This document shows, one piece after another, positions 49,759-61,272 of a DNA stretch of 64,000 bases. Under the pieces are notes generated by a model. That model was not told the DNA's origin. It did not search any database and saw only the letters and a list, made by a program, of their open reading frames with translations. A program made the translations under genes and the position numbers. Location: contig JASCQW010000190.1 in the NCBI GenBank assembly GCA_030264375.1, positions 15,987,528 through 16,051,527 on the forward strand. The letters run 5' to 3'. Numbering within the stretch: position 1 is the first letter of the stretch; each line of letters starts with the position of its first letter. This DNA comes from Carcharhinus longimanus. Taxonomy: Eukaryota.

Positions 49759-50774
49759 TGTTATGACCAAATCCCAGGTGAGGTGTCTCGAATCCTGATG
49801 AACTGGCTCCCTTTTTTTGTTTAATCCCATTTGTTTGTTGCAACAAGATAAATCCAAAAAAGGCTCTCTTCCTTCATAGATACCTTTTCCCAGTTCCAAC
49901 ATTTCCGTTTTAGAAGGAACCAATTAAACCAAGTGTTCTTGAGATAAAGAAAGAGTGTGTTTAGTAGCTGCTAAATGCTTGCAAATGATAAACATATGCA
50001 TATACATTCACACAGACTGGAAATGAGAATTGTGTTTAAAGTAAGTAGGCTAAAAGAAAGTAGACAAAACAGTTCTTGATTCGTGATAGTGGATGATTAA
50101 ACATTGTGGCTATTGCAATCCATGATTAAAGTAATGCTGACTTCAGCAGGCGAATACTCGGTTTTAAGATTCTAGTATTCTTCAGTGTGGTGAAGAAACT
50201 TCCCTGTTTCTGCTTCAGCTGTGGTCTTTGCTGACTTGGCTTGCTTCCATAGTGAGAGAGCAAGGTACCTGCCAAAGCTTTTGGCAGGGATATTGTTGCC
50301 GGTTGACTTTTCTTTTCTGCGTCACATATGTGCTGACATCTCCAGCACTAGTTCACACATGCACACACACACAGACGCACACACACACACACACACACAC
50401 AGACATGACAGTTTTTCAGCTGGCTTTTATCCCAGTCTTTGTATATCCCTGGAAAGTGAAATTCATAAATCCATCTGGACATTATTCACAGGATATTTTT
50501 TGTTGAGAGGATGCTCACCTCCCACTATCTCCCATTGTCTCCACTGGAGATGGCAATTAGTTTCTGGATGCTTTGTTAGAATCTTGTCTGGAAACAGGAT
50601 GTGACGCCATTGCCTTTCTCAGAACGTCACTCACTAGTAATTCAGCCAGTGACTGACTTTACGTTGTCAGCCACCTTTGGCTTCTCTGTCCATTAAAAGA
50701 CAGTTCACAGGTCTCTTTTTTAAAGTTTAACAGTTCCAGGCTTAATTCAATATTTTTCTCCCATTATTACGACA
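49759..50774. mobile_element. Solo LTR (~1016 bp) with 4-bp TSD
   Basis: Starts TGTTATGA, ends TTACGACA, flanked by CCAG at 49755-49758 and 50775-50778. No internal coding motifs. Confidence 0.6.
50354..50404. repeat. (CA)n microsatellite
   Basis: Interrupted CA run directly visible. Confidence 0.95.
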
Positions 50775-52289
50775 CCAGTTTCCACCAAAGATGTGTGGAT
50801 ATATTCAACCTTGTTAACTTTTAAACTCTGCAATGAAATCAGTACAGGCTTTCTAAAAAGATAAATGGATTCTCATTTCTTCATATGTAAGACTGAATTT
50901 GTAGAAGTTCAGCCTCTGTTAGAATACTGCATGAGTTTAGAGTACATTTAATTTCAATTCTGTGTTCTAATTTTTACGTTGTACAAAGGTCAAACTCCAG
51001 CTCAACTCTGCTATTTTGCACCCTTTCCTTTAACATTTATACATTATAATTAAAAAGGAACAAGTACAATGCTAGTGATCTTGCACTGCTATATATTACA
51101 CATTATTAGGCTCAAGTGACTCACAGAAAGTTATTCTGGTCCTCTTTTAGATAATCAGTAAAAATGTCAACATTATGTGGTTGGAAATTTGGTATTATGC
51201 TGTTGTTTTTTCATAGTAAGTTGCAGATTTGCTTACTGAAAGGCATAGGAATAGGTGGAGGCTATTCAGCCCCTCAAACCTCTTTCACCATTCAATTGGA
51301 TTGAGCTGATCCTAACAGCATTTCCTGCCCCTGGTTATATACCTCTGAAGACTCTTACTTAACAGAAGTCCAATGACCAAATTATGTCGATACTCTCATT
51401 GTGCCTGCTGCACAATGGGCAAAGGGAAATCCTGCTCGCTGTGTCTTGAGGGCAGCTGGTATAACAGATAATGTCACTTCAGCAATAAACTCACTTCACT
51501 GCATTTGTATATCAGGCTCCTGCAACGCTCCTAACAGGATATGATGACACAAAGGAGATAGTTATAAATTTAGCTTCAAATGTCGGTCCTGCCTCAAGGT
51601 TTCCTGTGGAAAAAGATGAGTTTCCCTTAAATATTGTTCTATATTGCTAGTTATTTGTGATGTTGTGTAAAGCAAAATATATTCCATTTCAGTGAAAAGT
51701 CTCTTTTCCAACTATATTCAACTTAGTTGCCTTTTTGTACGGTTGGGAGGGAAGAAGAAAAGTACCTGGACATGACAGAGTAAAACCAATCTCTTAAGGA
51801 AGATCTCATGAAAATGTAGGCTTGAAGGCGTCTGGGACGCAGGAAGCTATGATTGTTTCTGTGATGCTTACAGGACTGTATTATTCATAGGGACATAGGA
51901 ATTAGGAGCAGAAATAGGCAGTTCAGCTCTTCGAGCCTGTTTTGCCTTCAATCAGATCATGGCTGATCTCTTCTTGGTCTCAAATCCACGTCCCCACTGG
52001 TTCCCCATATCCCTTTAACCCGTTTTTAAAATCAGAAATATATCCACCTCCTTCTTAAAGCCATTTAATGATTCAGATTCCACCGTGCTATAGGGCAGCG
52101 GGTTCCACAAATTCACCACCCTCTGCAAGAAGTAGTTCCTCCTCACCTCAGTTTTAAACCTACCACCCCTCGGCCTAAAGCAGTGACCTCTTGTTCTTCT
52201 GGTCCTTCTGGTCTAAAGTTAGTTGCATAATGAAGGCAATTCCTTTCGTTTCCTAGGGTGGGACTTGAAGACGATGCAAGTGACTTCCT

Positions 52290-53970
52290 AAAACTAGATA
52301 TAAATCAGGATATAGAAAGGAGGGCAGAAGACAGGCAAATTACAGATGCCAGGGAAGTGATATTAGGCAAATTATTGGAGCTTACAGTTTGAAAAGCCCT
52401 GGATCATGATAGACTTTATCCTATGGTTTTAAAAGAGGAGGCTAGGGAGATTGTTGATGTTTTGGTTTTAGTTTTCCAGAATTCCCTAGATTCAGGTAAG
52501 GTTCAATTGGATTGATAAGTAACAAATGTAACTCCTTTATTTAAAAAAGGAAGGAGGCAGAAAGCAGGAAACTACAGACTAGTTAGCCTAATGTCTGTCA
52601 TAGGGAATACGTCAGAAGCTACTTTTAAATATTATTCCAGGAAGCTTAAGAAAATTTAAGGCAATTAGACAGACGCAATTTGAAAGGCAAATCATGTATA
52701 ATCAGTTCATTAAAGATTTTTTGAAGGCATCACATGTCCTGTGGATAAAGGGGAAGTGGTAGATGAAATATGCTTAAATTTCCAGAGGGCATTTGATAAG
52801 GTGCCACATCGAGGGTTATTGATGAAAATAAAAGGGCACAGTGCAGAGGGTAACATGTTGGCATGGATAGACGATTGGCTAGCTAACAGGAAACAGAGTG
52901 TAGGCATAAATGGGTCTTTTTCTGGTTGGCAGAACATTATGAGTGGTGTGCCACAAGGATCAGCGATGGAGTCTCCATTTTACAATTTATATAAATAACT
53001 TGGATGAAGGGACTGAAAAAGCTATGCTTGCTAAATTTGTTGTTGACACAAAGACAGGTAGGAAAGGAAGTTGTGAAGAGGACAGAAGGAGGCCACAGGG
53101 GGATATGGATAGGTTAACTGAGTGGGCAAGGATCTGGCAAATGGAGTACAATGTGGGAAACTCACAAATTGTCCATTTTGGCAGGTAGAATCAAAAAGAA
53201 GTGAATTATCTAAATGGTGAGAGATTGAGCAGCTCAGAGATTCAGAGGGATCTGTGCGTCCTAGTGCATGAAAAGCAAAAGGCTAGAATACAAGTACAGA
53301 AAGTAATTGAGAAAGCTAATAGAATGTTATTGTTGATTGTGAGGAGATTGGAAGGCAAAAGTAGGGAGGTTAGGCTCCAGTTGTACAAGACACTGGTAAA
53401 GGTTACTGTTTACAGTATCCAGACTACTGTTCACAGCATCTGGGCTACTGTTTACAGCATTGGTCTCCTTATCTCAGAAAAGATAAATGTGTTAGAAGCA
53501 GTTCAGGGAAGGTTTACTAGGCTAATACCTGGAATGGGTGGGTTGTCTTTTGAGGAAAGGTTAGGCTTGCATCCACTAGAGTTTAGACGAGTACATGGCA
53601 ACTTGATTGAAATTGTTAAGATCCTGAGGGGTATTGACAGGGTGGATGTGGAGGGATGTTTCTGCTCATGAGAGATTCTAGAACGAGGGGTCACTGTTTA
53701 AAAATAAGGGATCACCCATGTAAGGCAAGAGGTGAACAAAATTTTTTTCTCTCAGGGCATTGTGAGTCTTTGGAAGTCCCACCCTCAAAAGGTGATGGAA
53801 GCAGAGTTTTTATTTTTAGGTAACAGTAGACCTATTCTTGAAAAACAAAGGAGTGAAAGATTATCGGGATTAGAAGGGATGTCGTAATCAGACCAGCCGT
53901 GATTTCTTTGAATAGTGGAATAGGCTTGAAGGGCTGTGTGGCCCCTAATTCATATGTTTGCACATTCATG
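52290..53970 (+). mobile_element. CR1 LINE ORF2 3' half (RT domain), frameshifted
   Basis: GNYRLVSL, NFQRAFDKVPHRGLLMKI, SGVPQGS, FTIYINNLDEG, AKFVVDTK, WQMEYNVG, LEAVQGRFTRLIPG. Contains a 3x ~21-bp tandem at 53401-53463. Confidence 0.92.
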
Positions 53971-55829
53971 TATCAGATCTTGAACTGGACAAATGTTCAG
54001 TTTGTGGGACTTAAAATCCACATGCAAGTCACTAAACTAAAATCAACAGCGCAACAGAACACTGGGCTAAGTTCCACATTCCACACTAAGTGCAAAGGTT
54101 ACAAGGCTTTTAGGATTTGAAAGGAATCAGCGGCACGGTGGCACAGTGGTTAGCACTGCTGCCTCACAGTGCCAGGGACCCAGGTCCAATTCTGGCCTCG
54201 GGTCACTGTCTGTGTGGAGCTTGCACATTCTCCCTGTGGGTTTCCTCTGGGTGCTTCGGTTTCTTCCCACATTCCAAAGATGTGCCGGTTAGGTGGATTG
54301 GCCATGTTAAATTGACCTTAGTGTCGGGGGGACTATCAAGGTAAATATATGGACGATCAGGGTAATTACGTGGGATTAGGACCCGGGTGAGATTGTTGTC
54401 GGTGCAGACTCGATGGGCTGAATGGCCTCCTTCTGCACTGTAGGGATTCTATGATTCTATGAAAAGCAGTTCATCTGGATCAAATAATCAAGTACAAGGA
54501 AACTTGACTTTACTGTGCTCACACCTGGTATAAATCAGGTATAAAGCTCTCATCAACTGCTGAAGCTAATCAAGGTGAAAAGTGTCGGTCCTAGTGAACG
54601 GAAATCTTTTCCACTGTGGGCCCCAGGCGTCACCATCAAACATTCCCAGGTGAGGTGACAAATAAAGCTGCCCCTGTTCTTCCCAAGTGATATATATACT
54701 CATTCTGCTAACAGTAAGTCCTGCTACAGTAAGACAAAATCAAAATACTGCTGATGCTGGAAATCTGTTTTTCTCCACTCAGATGCTGCCTGCCCTGCTG
54801 AGTATTTCCAGCACAATGCATTCCATTTCCCACCGCATTGACCTAGTTTCTAATCTCAGTCATTCTTCTGTGATGTCTAAGGGAGACTGTCAAGGTGTGC
54901 TGAATTGTGAGCAGTTAAGTGTTTCAAACACACAACATGTGTGATTGGGTTGACACTGGCAGAAGTCTATTACCACCAACAGCCTGAAGGTACAGCACGG
55001 TGGTTATCACTGTTGCCTCAAAGCACCAGGGCTCTGAATTCAATTCTGACCTTGGGTGACTCTCTGTGTGAGTTTGTAAGTTTTCCATGTGTCTGGGCGG
55101 GTTTTGTCTGGGTGCTTTGCTTTCCTCTCACAGCCCAAAGATGTGCAGGATAAGTGGATTGGCCATGCTAAGTTGTTCCTTACTGTTCCAAGGTGGGTAA
55201 ATTAGGGGGATTAGCGGGGTTACAGGTATAGGGCTTGGGTGGAGAGTTGCTGCAGATTCAATAGACCAAATAGCCTCCTTCTGCACTGTAGGAATTCTAC
55301 TATTCTATGAAGGGAGATTGTGATTCCGTCATTCTGAACTTATTGTGGGGCAGTGGTTAGCACTGCTGCCTCACACTGCCAGGAACCCGGGTTTGATTCC
55401 TGGCTTGGGTCACTGTCTGTGCAAAGTCTGCACATTCTCCCCGTGTCTGCATGGGTTTCCTGCGGGTATTCCAGTTTCCTCCCACAGTCCAAAGATATGT
55501 GGATCAGTTGGATTGGCCATGCTAAATTGACCCTTAGTGTCAGGGGAATTAGCAGGGTAAACACGTGGGGTTATGGAGATTGGGCCTGCGTGGGATTGTT
55601 GTCGGTGGAGGCTCAATGGGTCAAATGACTTCCTTCTGCACTGTCGAGATTCTATGTTGCTGGACACTCACTTATAAAGCAAATCTTTTATGGAGTGCTT
55701 GCGTCTGGGGTGCACTCATGGGTTTATAAGGACACATTGAAGGCATCACTTTGGAGTTTTGATGTTGACTTAGAGTCCTGAGAGAAGTTTGGCCAGAATT
55801 GTTCACCTAGCAAGATCAAATAAAAAATT

Positions 55830-56110
55830 TGCTTTGGCCTCCTTCAAGAGCAGCTGCTTATCAGGAACAGAGAAAACACCAAGGGGAGGAAATCTCAATC
55901 CAGCAACTCATCCAAGACTTATCCAGCTGTGGTACCCGGTGCTGCAGAATCCCTAGGCATAGAAGGGCCTTAGCTGTCACCTTTATGCCCAGTGCAACCC
56001 AAACAGAAACAAATATAAAGCAAGTGTCACAGATTCACAATGAGAAAATAAATACCATAGAGGGAATCTTACCAAAAAATGGCAGTGCATTGGTTCCAAT
56101 GAGAAAAACG
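55830..56110 (+). mobile_element. Possible old RTE-like LINE fragment
   Basis: PSATQTETNIKQV..IHNEK..TIEGILPKNGSAL loosely resembles the pre-RT P..EV..AI.QL.N.KA.G.DGI..E..K.G motif; weak. Confidence 0.3.
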
Positions 56111-56210
56111 GAGTGTTTCCCTCCAGAGAAATACGCCAATTTTTTCTCCAGATCTTACTGCAATCTGCCACAAAAAATCAGTTCAGTGTGCTTCATGTCA
56201 TAGTGTAGGG

Positions 56211-56500
56211 GTGATGTGGGTATGCCGGCGTTGGACTGGCGTAAACACAGTAAAAAGTCTGACAACACCAGGTTTTAGTCCAACCNNNNNNNNNNNNNNN
56301 NNNNNNNNNNNNNNNNNNNNNNNNNNNNNNNNNNNNNNNNNNNNNNNNNNNNNNNNNNNNNNNNNNNNNNNNNNNNNNNNNNNNNTCTGTCTGAGGCCAG
56401 AACTCTCCATTCACCTGACGAAGAGGGAAACCTCAAAAGCTTGTGAGTATTATCAAATAAATCGGTTGGACTAAAACCTGGTGTTGTCAGGCTTTTTACT
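56211..56500. mobile_element. Palindromic Penelope-derived element, family A
   Basis: Inverted arms homologous to 3911-4474; hammerhead-like motif 56411-56446; TSD-like atagtgtagggg at 56200-56211 and 56507-56518. Confidence 0.78.
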
Positions 56501-56549
56501 ACTTTTATAGTGTAGGGGGACAGGAGGGGGACTCAATACACCAGCGTTT

Positions 56550-57134
56550 CACAGGTTCAGCATTAACTTCCTTGTTTTTATACTGAATATCACTGTTTAT
56601 ATTGCTGAAAGATCCAAGCTTCAGAAGACCAGAGCTGGTAATTTTGGAGAACCTCTTTAAAATGAAGATCTGCGAGTATTTTGTAGTCACAACCATTCTG
56701 TAACCAGTTCTCTGCTTTGCTGACCTCAGTGAGTTTGTAAGAACCATATTCAATTGCATATCACAAATAGGTGACTGCATCTGAGCATGTTGGCCTTTTC
56801 TTGTCTTGGTTATATAATGCATTGTAACGTAACTTAATGCAGCATGACAATATGTGATCTAATATCAGACCTTTGAGAGGAGAATCTGCAGATTATTCAT
56901 TATTTGTATGATATTCCATGCATTACTCTTCTCTTCACTCTTATTTATCATTCTAGTCTTGCCTGCTGTATTGCTGTTCTATGTCTGTTGTTATGACATA
57001 ACACTCACAGAATTCCTTTTGAAGAGGTTCTCCAAAATCACCAGCTCGGATCTTTTGAAGCTTGGATCTTTCAACAATATAATTGTTGAACTGGTATTCG
57101 ATACAAAAGCAGGGAAGTTAATGCTGAATCTGTG
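56550..57134. repeat. Inverted repeat: arms ~56550-56666 and ~57013-57134
   Basis: Reverse-complement match. ORFs 56505-56822(-) and 56908(+) both contain LKRFSKITSS.LLKLGSF.NI. Confidence 0.9.
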
Positions 57135-57570
57135 CACAGCTCTAGTCAGCCCATGACGAGAGTGTTGCATCCATTTCTGGGTCACCGCACTTCCGAAAGA
57201 ACAATCCTTAAGATGGCGCAAAGGAGATTACAGTAAGGAGTCTCGCAACATCAGGTTAAAGTCCACCAGGTTTATTTGGTAGCACAAGCTTTCGGAGTAT
57301 CGCTCCTTCTTCACCTGAATAAAATAAACCTGTTGGACTTTAACCTGGTGCTGTGAGGCTTCTTACTATGCTTACCCCAGTCCAACGCTGGCATCTTCAC
57401 ATCGTGGCAAAGGACGTTTACCAGGATAGTTTCAGAAGTAAGGTTTTCTGGTGACTAGATTAGGAGAATCTGCAGATTATTCATCATTTATATGCTATTT
57501 TTTGCCTTACTTTCTTTTCTCCACTTCTACTTTGCATTCTAGTCATACCTTCTGCATTGCCACTGTATCC
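56878..57570 (+). repeat. Direct duplication: ~56878-56985 and ~57462-57570
   Basis: Identical aggagaatctgcagattattcat followed by a looser alignment including cattctagtc. Confidence 0.8.
57231..57407. mobile_element. Family A Penelope-derived palindrome, centrally collapsed, in the opposite orientation
   Basis: caggttaaagtccaccaggtttattt / aaataaacctgttggactttaacctg inverted arms; tail ccccagtccaacgctggcatc; gcaaagga duplicated on both flanks. Confidence 0.75.
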
Positions 57571-58699
57571 CTGCCGAAAATGTAAAGTACTAACTGCGAC
57601 AAAAGGGAAATTGATGGTGTCCTTTGCAGGATTGCACGCCACCCCCACTGACGTTGCTATGTTCTCTGAACATGGGTGATCCAATAAACCTACACTCAGG
57701 ATCAGCAAGGTCCATCCCTATATTGGTTAATATGGATGCGCTGCTACCTTTGATGGATGGAAACAATTCCGCCACAACTTCAGGCAGATGGATTAATCAG
57801 GTCTGCTAAAGGATTAGATAGATTTATCTCCCATGACTGCAGATGGTACAGATAAACTGATTTGTTCGCCTGCCAAGGGAGTTAAAATGGGTAGTATCTG
57901 ATTGAAGAAGAACATCAGAAATATATGTGTTTGGATGAAATATAGCAGGAGCGCCACAGATTGTAGAGATCTAGAAGCCATCTCTTCAATTTATTCTCTC
58001 GGTCAAGCAAATATTTTTAATTCCTTGTACTGCATGATCTGAATCCGGGTCACATAGCAAAAGAAAAACAAAATGCAAACTATTTCTGGACATCTTTAGG
58101 AGATACAGAACAGATTGAAGCAATGAGTTTGCTTATAAGTAGAAAATCTTAAAGGTTTATTTTGCTGCTACACTCCCGATATTTCAGGGGCAGTGGTGAA
58201 GAAGCTCAAAGTTCTGATTAAGAACAGAGCACATGATTTGTGTGAGATGACTTGACCTGCCCCAGGTTTAAAGATGACTTAAATATAAAGGCATCTTCTG
58301 TTAACCATACAACATCCTTTAGTGCTTATGTAATGACACACTAAAAACACCCCCCAGCTAAAAACAGACATCATTACATTCCTTCTGTTATCTGGCTTTC
58401 AGGCTCAGAGTCTCTGGAAACAGTAAATTAGCAGAAAATCATCAGGTTAGTTCAATGTTCCTGAACTGCCAGAAGTAGTCAGTGCTGAAAGGGAGCAGAG
58501 GTTGGAGATACAGCTGCAACGCTGCTGTGGCAACTGTTTGACTTGTGTTCTTTTTTGAGTGCAGTTGTCCACTGAAAGTGTGGGGTGATTGAATTTATCT
58601 TTGTACCTGCAGGGAAAGATGGTTAAGAGATTTTAAAAAATAGAGTGCTGTAGGGGCAAACATGAACTTCGAGATTTTCAACCATTTTAAACTTCAGTG

Positions 58700-58800
58700 A
58701 CATAGAAAAGATCAAACAGCCACATTGAGTGTTGATCTGAATCTTGTGGTTGCCACGCAGATACTTATATAAATCTGCTGTACCAGCACTTCATTACAAA
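58700..58800 (+). promoter_or_regulatory. Candidate TATA-box core promoter
   Basis: TATATAAA 58766-58773, Inr-like TCATT with A at 58793 (27 nt after the first TATA base), RUNX-type TGTGGTT at 58745, TCF-like AGATCAAA at 58709; repeat-free context. Confidence 0.35.
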
Positions 58801-59073
58801 GCTCCAACAGCCTATGCGGATGATTCTCCTGGCCCTTTTCCGAGGCAGTGGCTATTGGGAAGAGCTGGAAAAAGGAACAGAATGTGGTTCACTGGATTTC
58901 CAATCCTTTTCCGAAGCCTCAGATGGGCCTGCGTTCACAGTCAACAGATATTGGTAAATTTGACAAACTGTTTCTACAACTCCTATTCTTTTAGGCAAGC
59001 TATCTTAACGTGTTGTGGCAGCTGCCATTTCTTTGCATTGGTAATTGGAAATTGTTTCTCCAACAAAGGTTTA

Positions 59074-60016
59074 GGCCTAGATTTTCACCATGGGATAGGG
59101 AGGTTCTCTGTTGTAGCAAAACTCCTGGAATTGGTCAAATGTCTAAGTCCCAGTTCTTCGTGGGAGGCAGGACTGGGATTCACAGAAACAACTGCCCATT
59201 TACTCACCAATCTCCTCCATTGACTTCAGATATTTGCACCCTTGTTGCACCAATCCCGGAGTGTGCAGAGCAGACCAAGTAAAAAGAGGTTTGAACTTGG
59301 TGGGTTCTTGGATATGGTCTCAGGACGCTCTTGGTTGAGGTAAGGCATCCCTTGGAATTGTTAGCATTTAAAATGATTGTGCAATTTTTATGAACAAACT
59401 CACTGGAACTGTCAAGCTGAACAGGAAATGTCAAGCTGTACAGGAACTGCCAAACTGTCCAGGAAGTGTCAAACTGTCTGGGAAGTGTCAAGCTGCCAGG
59501 AAATGTCAAGCTGTCCAGGGATGTGCCACTGTCCAGGAACTGTTAAGCTGTCTTGGAAGTGTCAAGCTCAATAAATTGTCAAGCAGTTCAGAAAGTATCA
59601 AGCTATCCAGGAACTGTCAAGCCATTCTGGAAGTGTCAAACGTTACGAGGTGAGTTGACCTGGATTACAGGACCAATTGTGATGGGTAGGGTGTATAGTT
59701 TGGCACGTATTGTCATGAATGGAGTATAGAGAGTGTGGGGGAGGGCTTAAGGGGAGGTGAGGGTTGGAGGGAAGTATTTTGTGTTTTTAATTTAAATATA
59801 GTGCTGGGTCACAGAGGCAGGCCAGCCCACCTCCACACTTGACATTCTCATTCTCAGGTTGCCCACCCTGGCTCCTATTTCAGTACCCCTATACCCATTC
59901 TGCTCCCTCGCTAACCAAAAACCTAACCTGTAGGCGATCATCTTTAAAGCTGGGGTTTACTGAGCCAGGAAATCTCCCAACTCTGTGAACCCAACCTGCG
60001 AACAAAAATCTGGACC
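59074..60016. mobile_element. Non-autonomous PIF/Harbinger-type DNA element carrying a minisatellite
   Basis: TIRs GGCCTAGATTTT / rc GGTCCAGATTTT (10/12 match), TTA on both flanks (59071-59073, 60017-60019). Confidence 0.6.
59403..59641. repeat. ~19-bp minisatellite, ~13 degenerate units (consensus aggaa[c/g/a]tgtcaagctgtcc)
   Basis: Head-to-tail units with no spacers, directly visible. Confidence 0.92.
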
Positions 60017-60605
60017 TTAAATTGCTTCATTTTAATAGCTTCTCTAAATATAATCCCAATAAATGTGTTTTTTTCTCATATAGCTGAGAACACAATAAGA
60101 AAGGTTAATGATGAATATTTAAGCTTCAGAAGTTTCAGTTCTGGTTGCTGTAAAGTTCCCATATCCAAAACGGCCAAACATGAAACTCCCTCCACAACTG
60201 GGAAACATATTTCCTCTCTCCTATAAGTTATATTTCCTCTCTCCTATTGCCGAGATTCAGAGCGATACTCACCATCGATACATCCTGCATTAAACCCCTA
60301 AGGACTTGTTCTCATTTTCTGACCCTTAGTCTTGCTGAGAGACTGATCTCGTGAACTTTGCAACACGTTGCACACTCGAGTAAGGATCCACTTCTCCCTA
60401 AACGGTAAGCTGACAATTTCAATGAAACTCCATAGAGACTTCTGTTCAAACCAAAGTTCCTATAGTTTTGCTAAGTGATAATAGCTTCATGTGTTAATTC
60501 TGTGATATCTTGCTTTATTTCTTCATTGGACATCAATTGAATAGAGGGAATAACGTGTAGATCTAGCCCTGTTGACATTTGATAGCCAGACAAACTGTAA
60601 ATTAA

Positions 60606-61272
60606 CAAAACGTCAAAATACTGCAGGGTGCTGGAATCTGAAACAAAAACAGAAAATGCTGGAAAATCTCAACAGGTCTGACAGCATCTATGGAGAGAGA
60701 ATAGAGCCAATGTTTTGAGTCTAGATGACAGAAACAAGTGACGAAGGGTCATCCTGACTTGAAATCATAAAACCTCTACAGTGCAGAAGGAGGCCATTCG
60801 ACCCATCGATTCTGCACTGACCACAATCCCACCCAGGCCCTATCCCCACAGCCCCATGCATTTACCCTAGCTAGTCCCCCTGACACTAAGGGGCAATTTA
60901 GTATGGCCAATCCACCTAACCTGCACATACTTGGAATGCAGGAGGAAACCGGAGCACCCGGAGGAAGGCCACGCAGACATGGGGAGAATGTGCAAACTCC
61001 ACACAGTGACCCAAGGCAGGAATTGAACCCGGGTCCCTGGTGCTGTGAGGCAGCAATGCTAACCACTGTGCTACCCTGGTGCCACTTGAAGACCGGAATT
61101 TTACCACCAGGGGAATCAAAGCGAGCTGCATGAAAAGGTCCGTTGACCTCAGGCAGAATTTTGTGGTTTTGGGACGAGCGAGGTCATAAAATTCCACCCA
61201 AAATGTTGGCTCTATTCTCCCTCCACGATTGCCGTCAGACCTACTGAGAATTTCTGGCACTTTCTGTTTTTG
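60606..61272. mobile_element. Family B Penelope-derived palindrome with a nested HE1 SINE (60765-61085) and MITE (~61088-61200); fragments also at ~43710-43772/44030-44075 and ~54735-54815
   Basis: Left arm 60640-60729 is the reverse complement of the split right arm (60748-60764 plus 61201-61272). Hammerhead-like gtgacga-agggtc-atcct-gactt-gaaa at 60738-60764. Confidence 0.72.

Noticed and set aside
52741-53671. Functional reverse transcriptase (retron/DGR-like system)
   Set aside because: Frameshifted CR1 ORF2 with a mutated catalytic motif (FVVD instead of FADD).
58744-59223. 159-aa ORF as a single-exon gene
   Set aside because: Begins at a non-ATG codon upstream of the TATA-like box and runs into a TE; no recognisable domain.
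59403-59641. Regular ~19-bp repeat array as a CRISPR array
   Set aside because: Units are head-to-tail and degenerate with no unique spacers; no cas genes; eukaryotic context.
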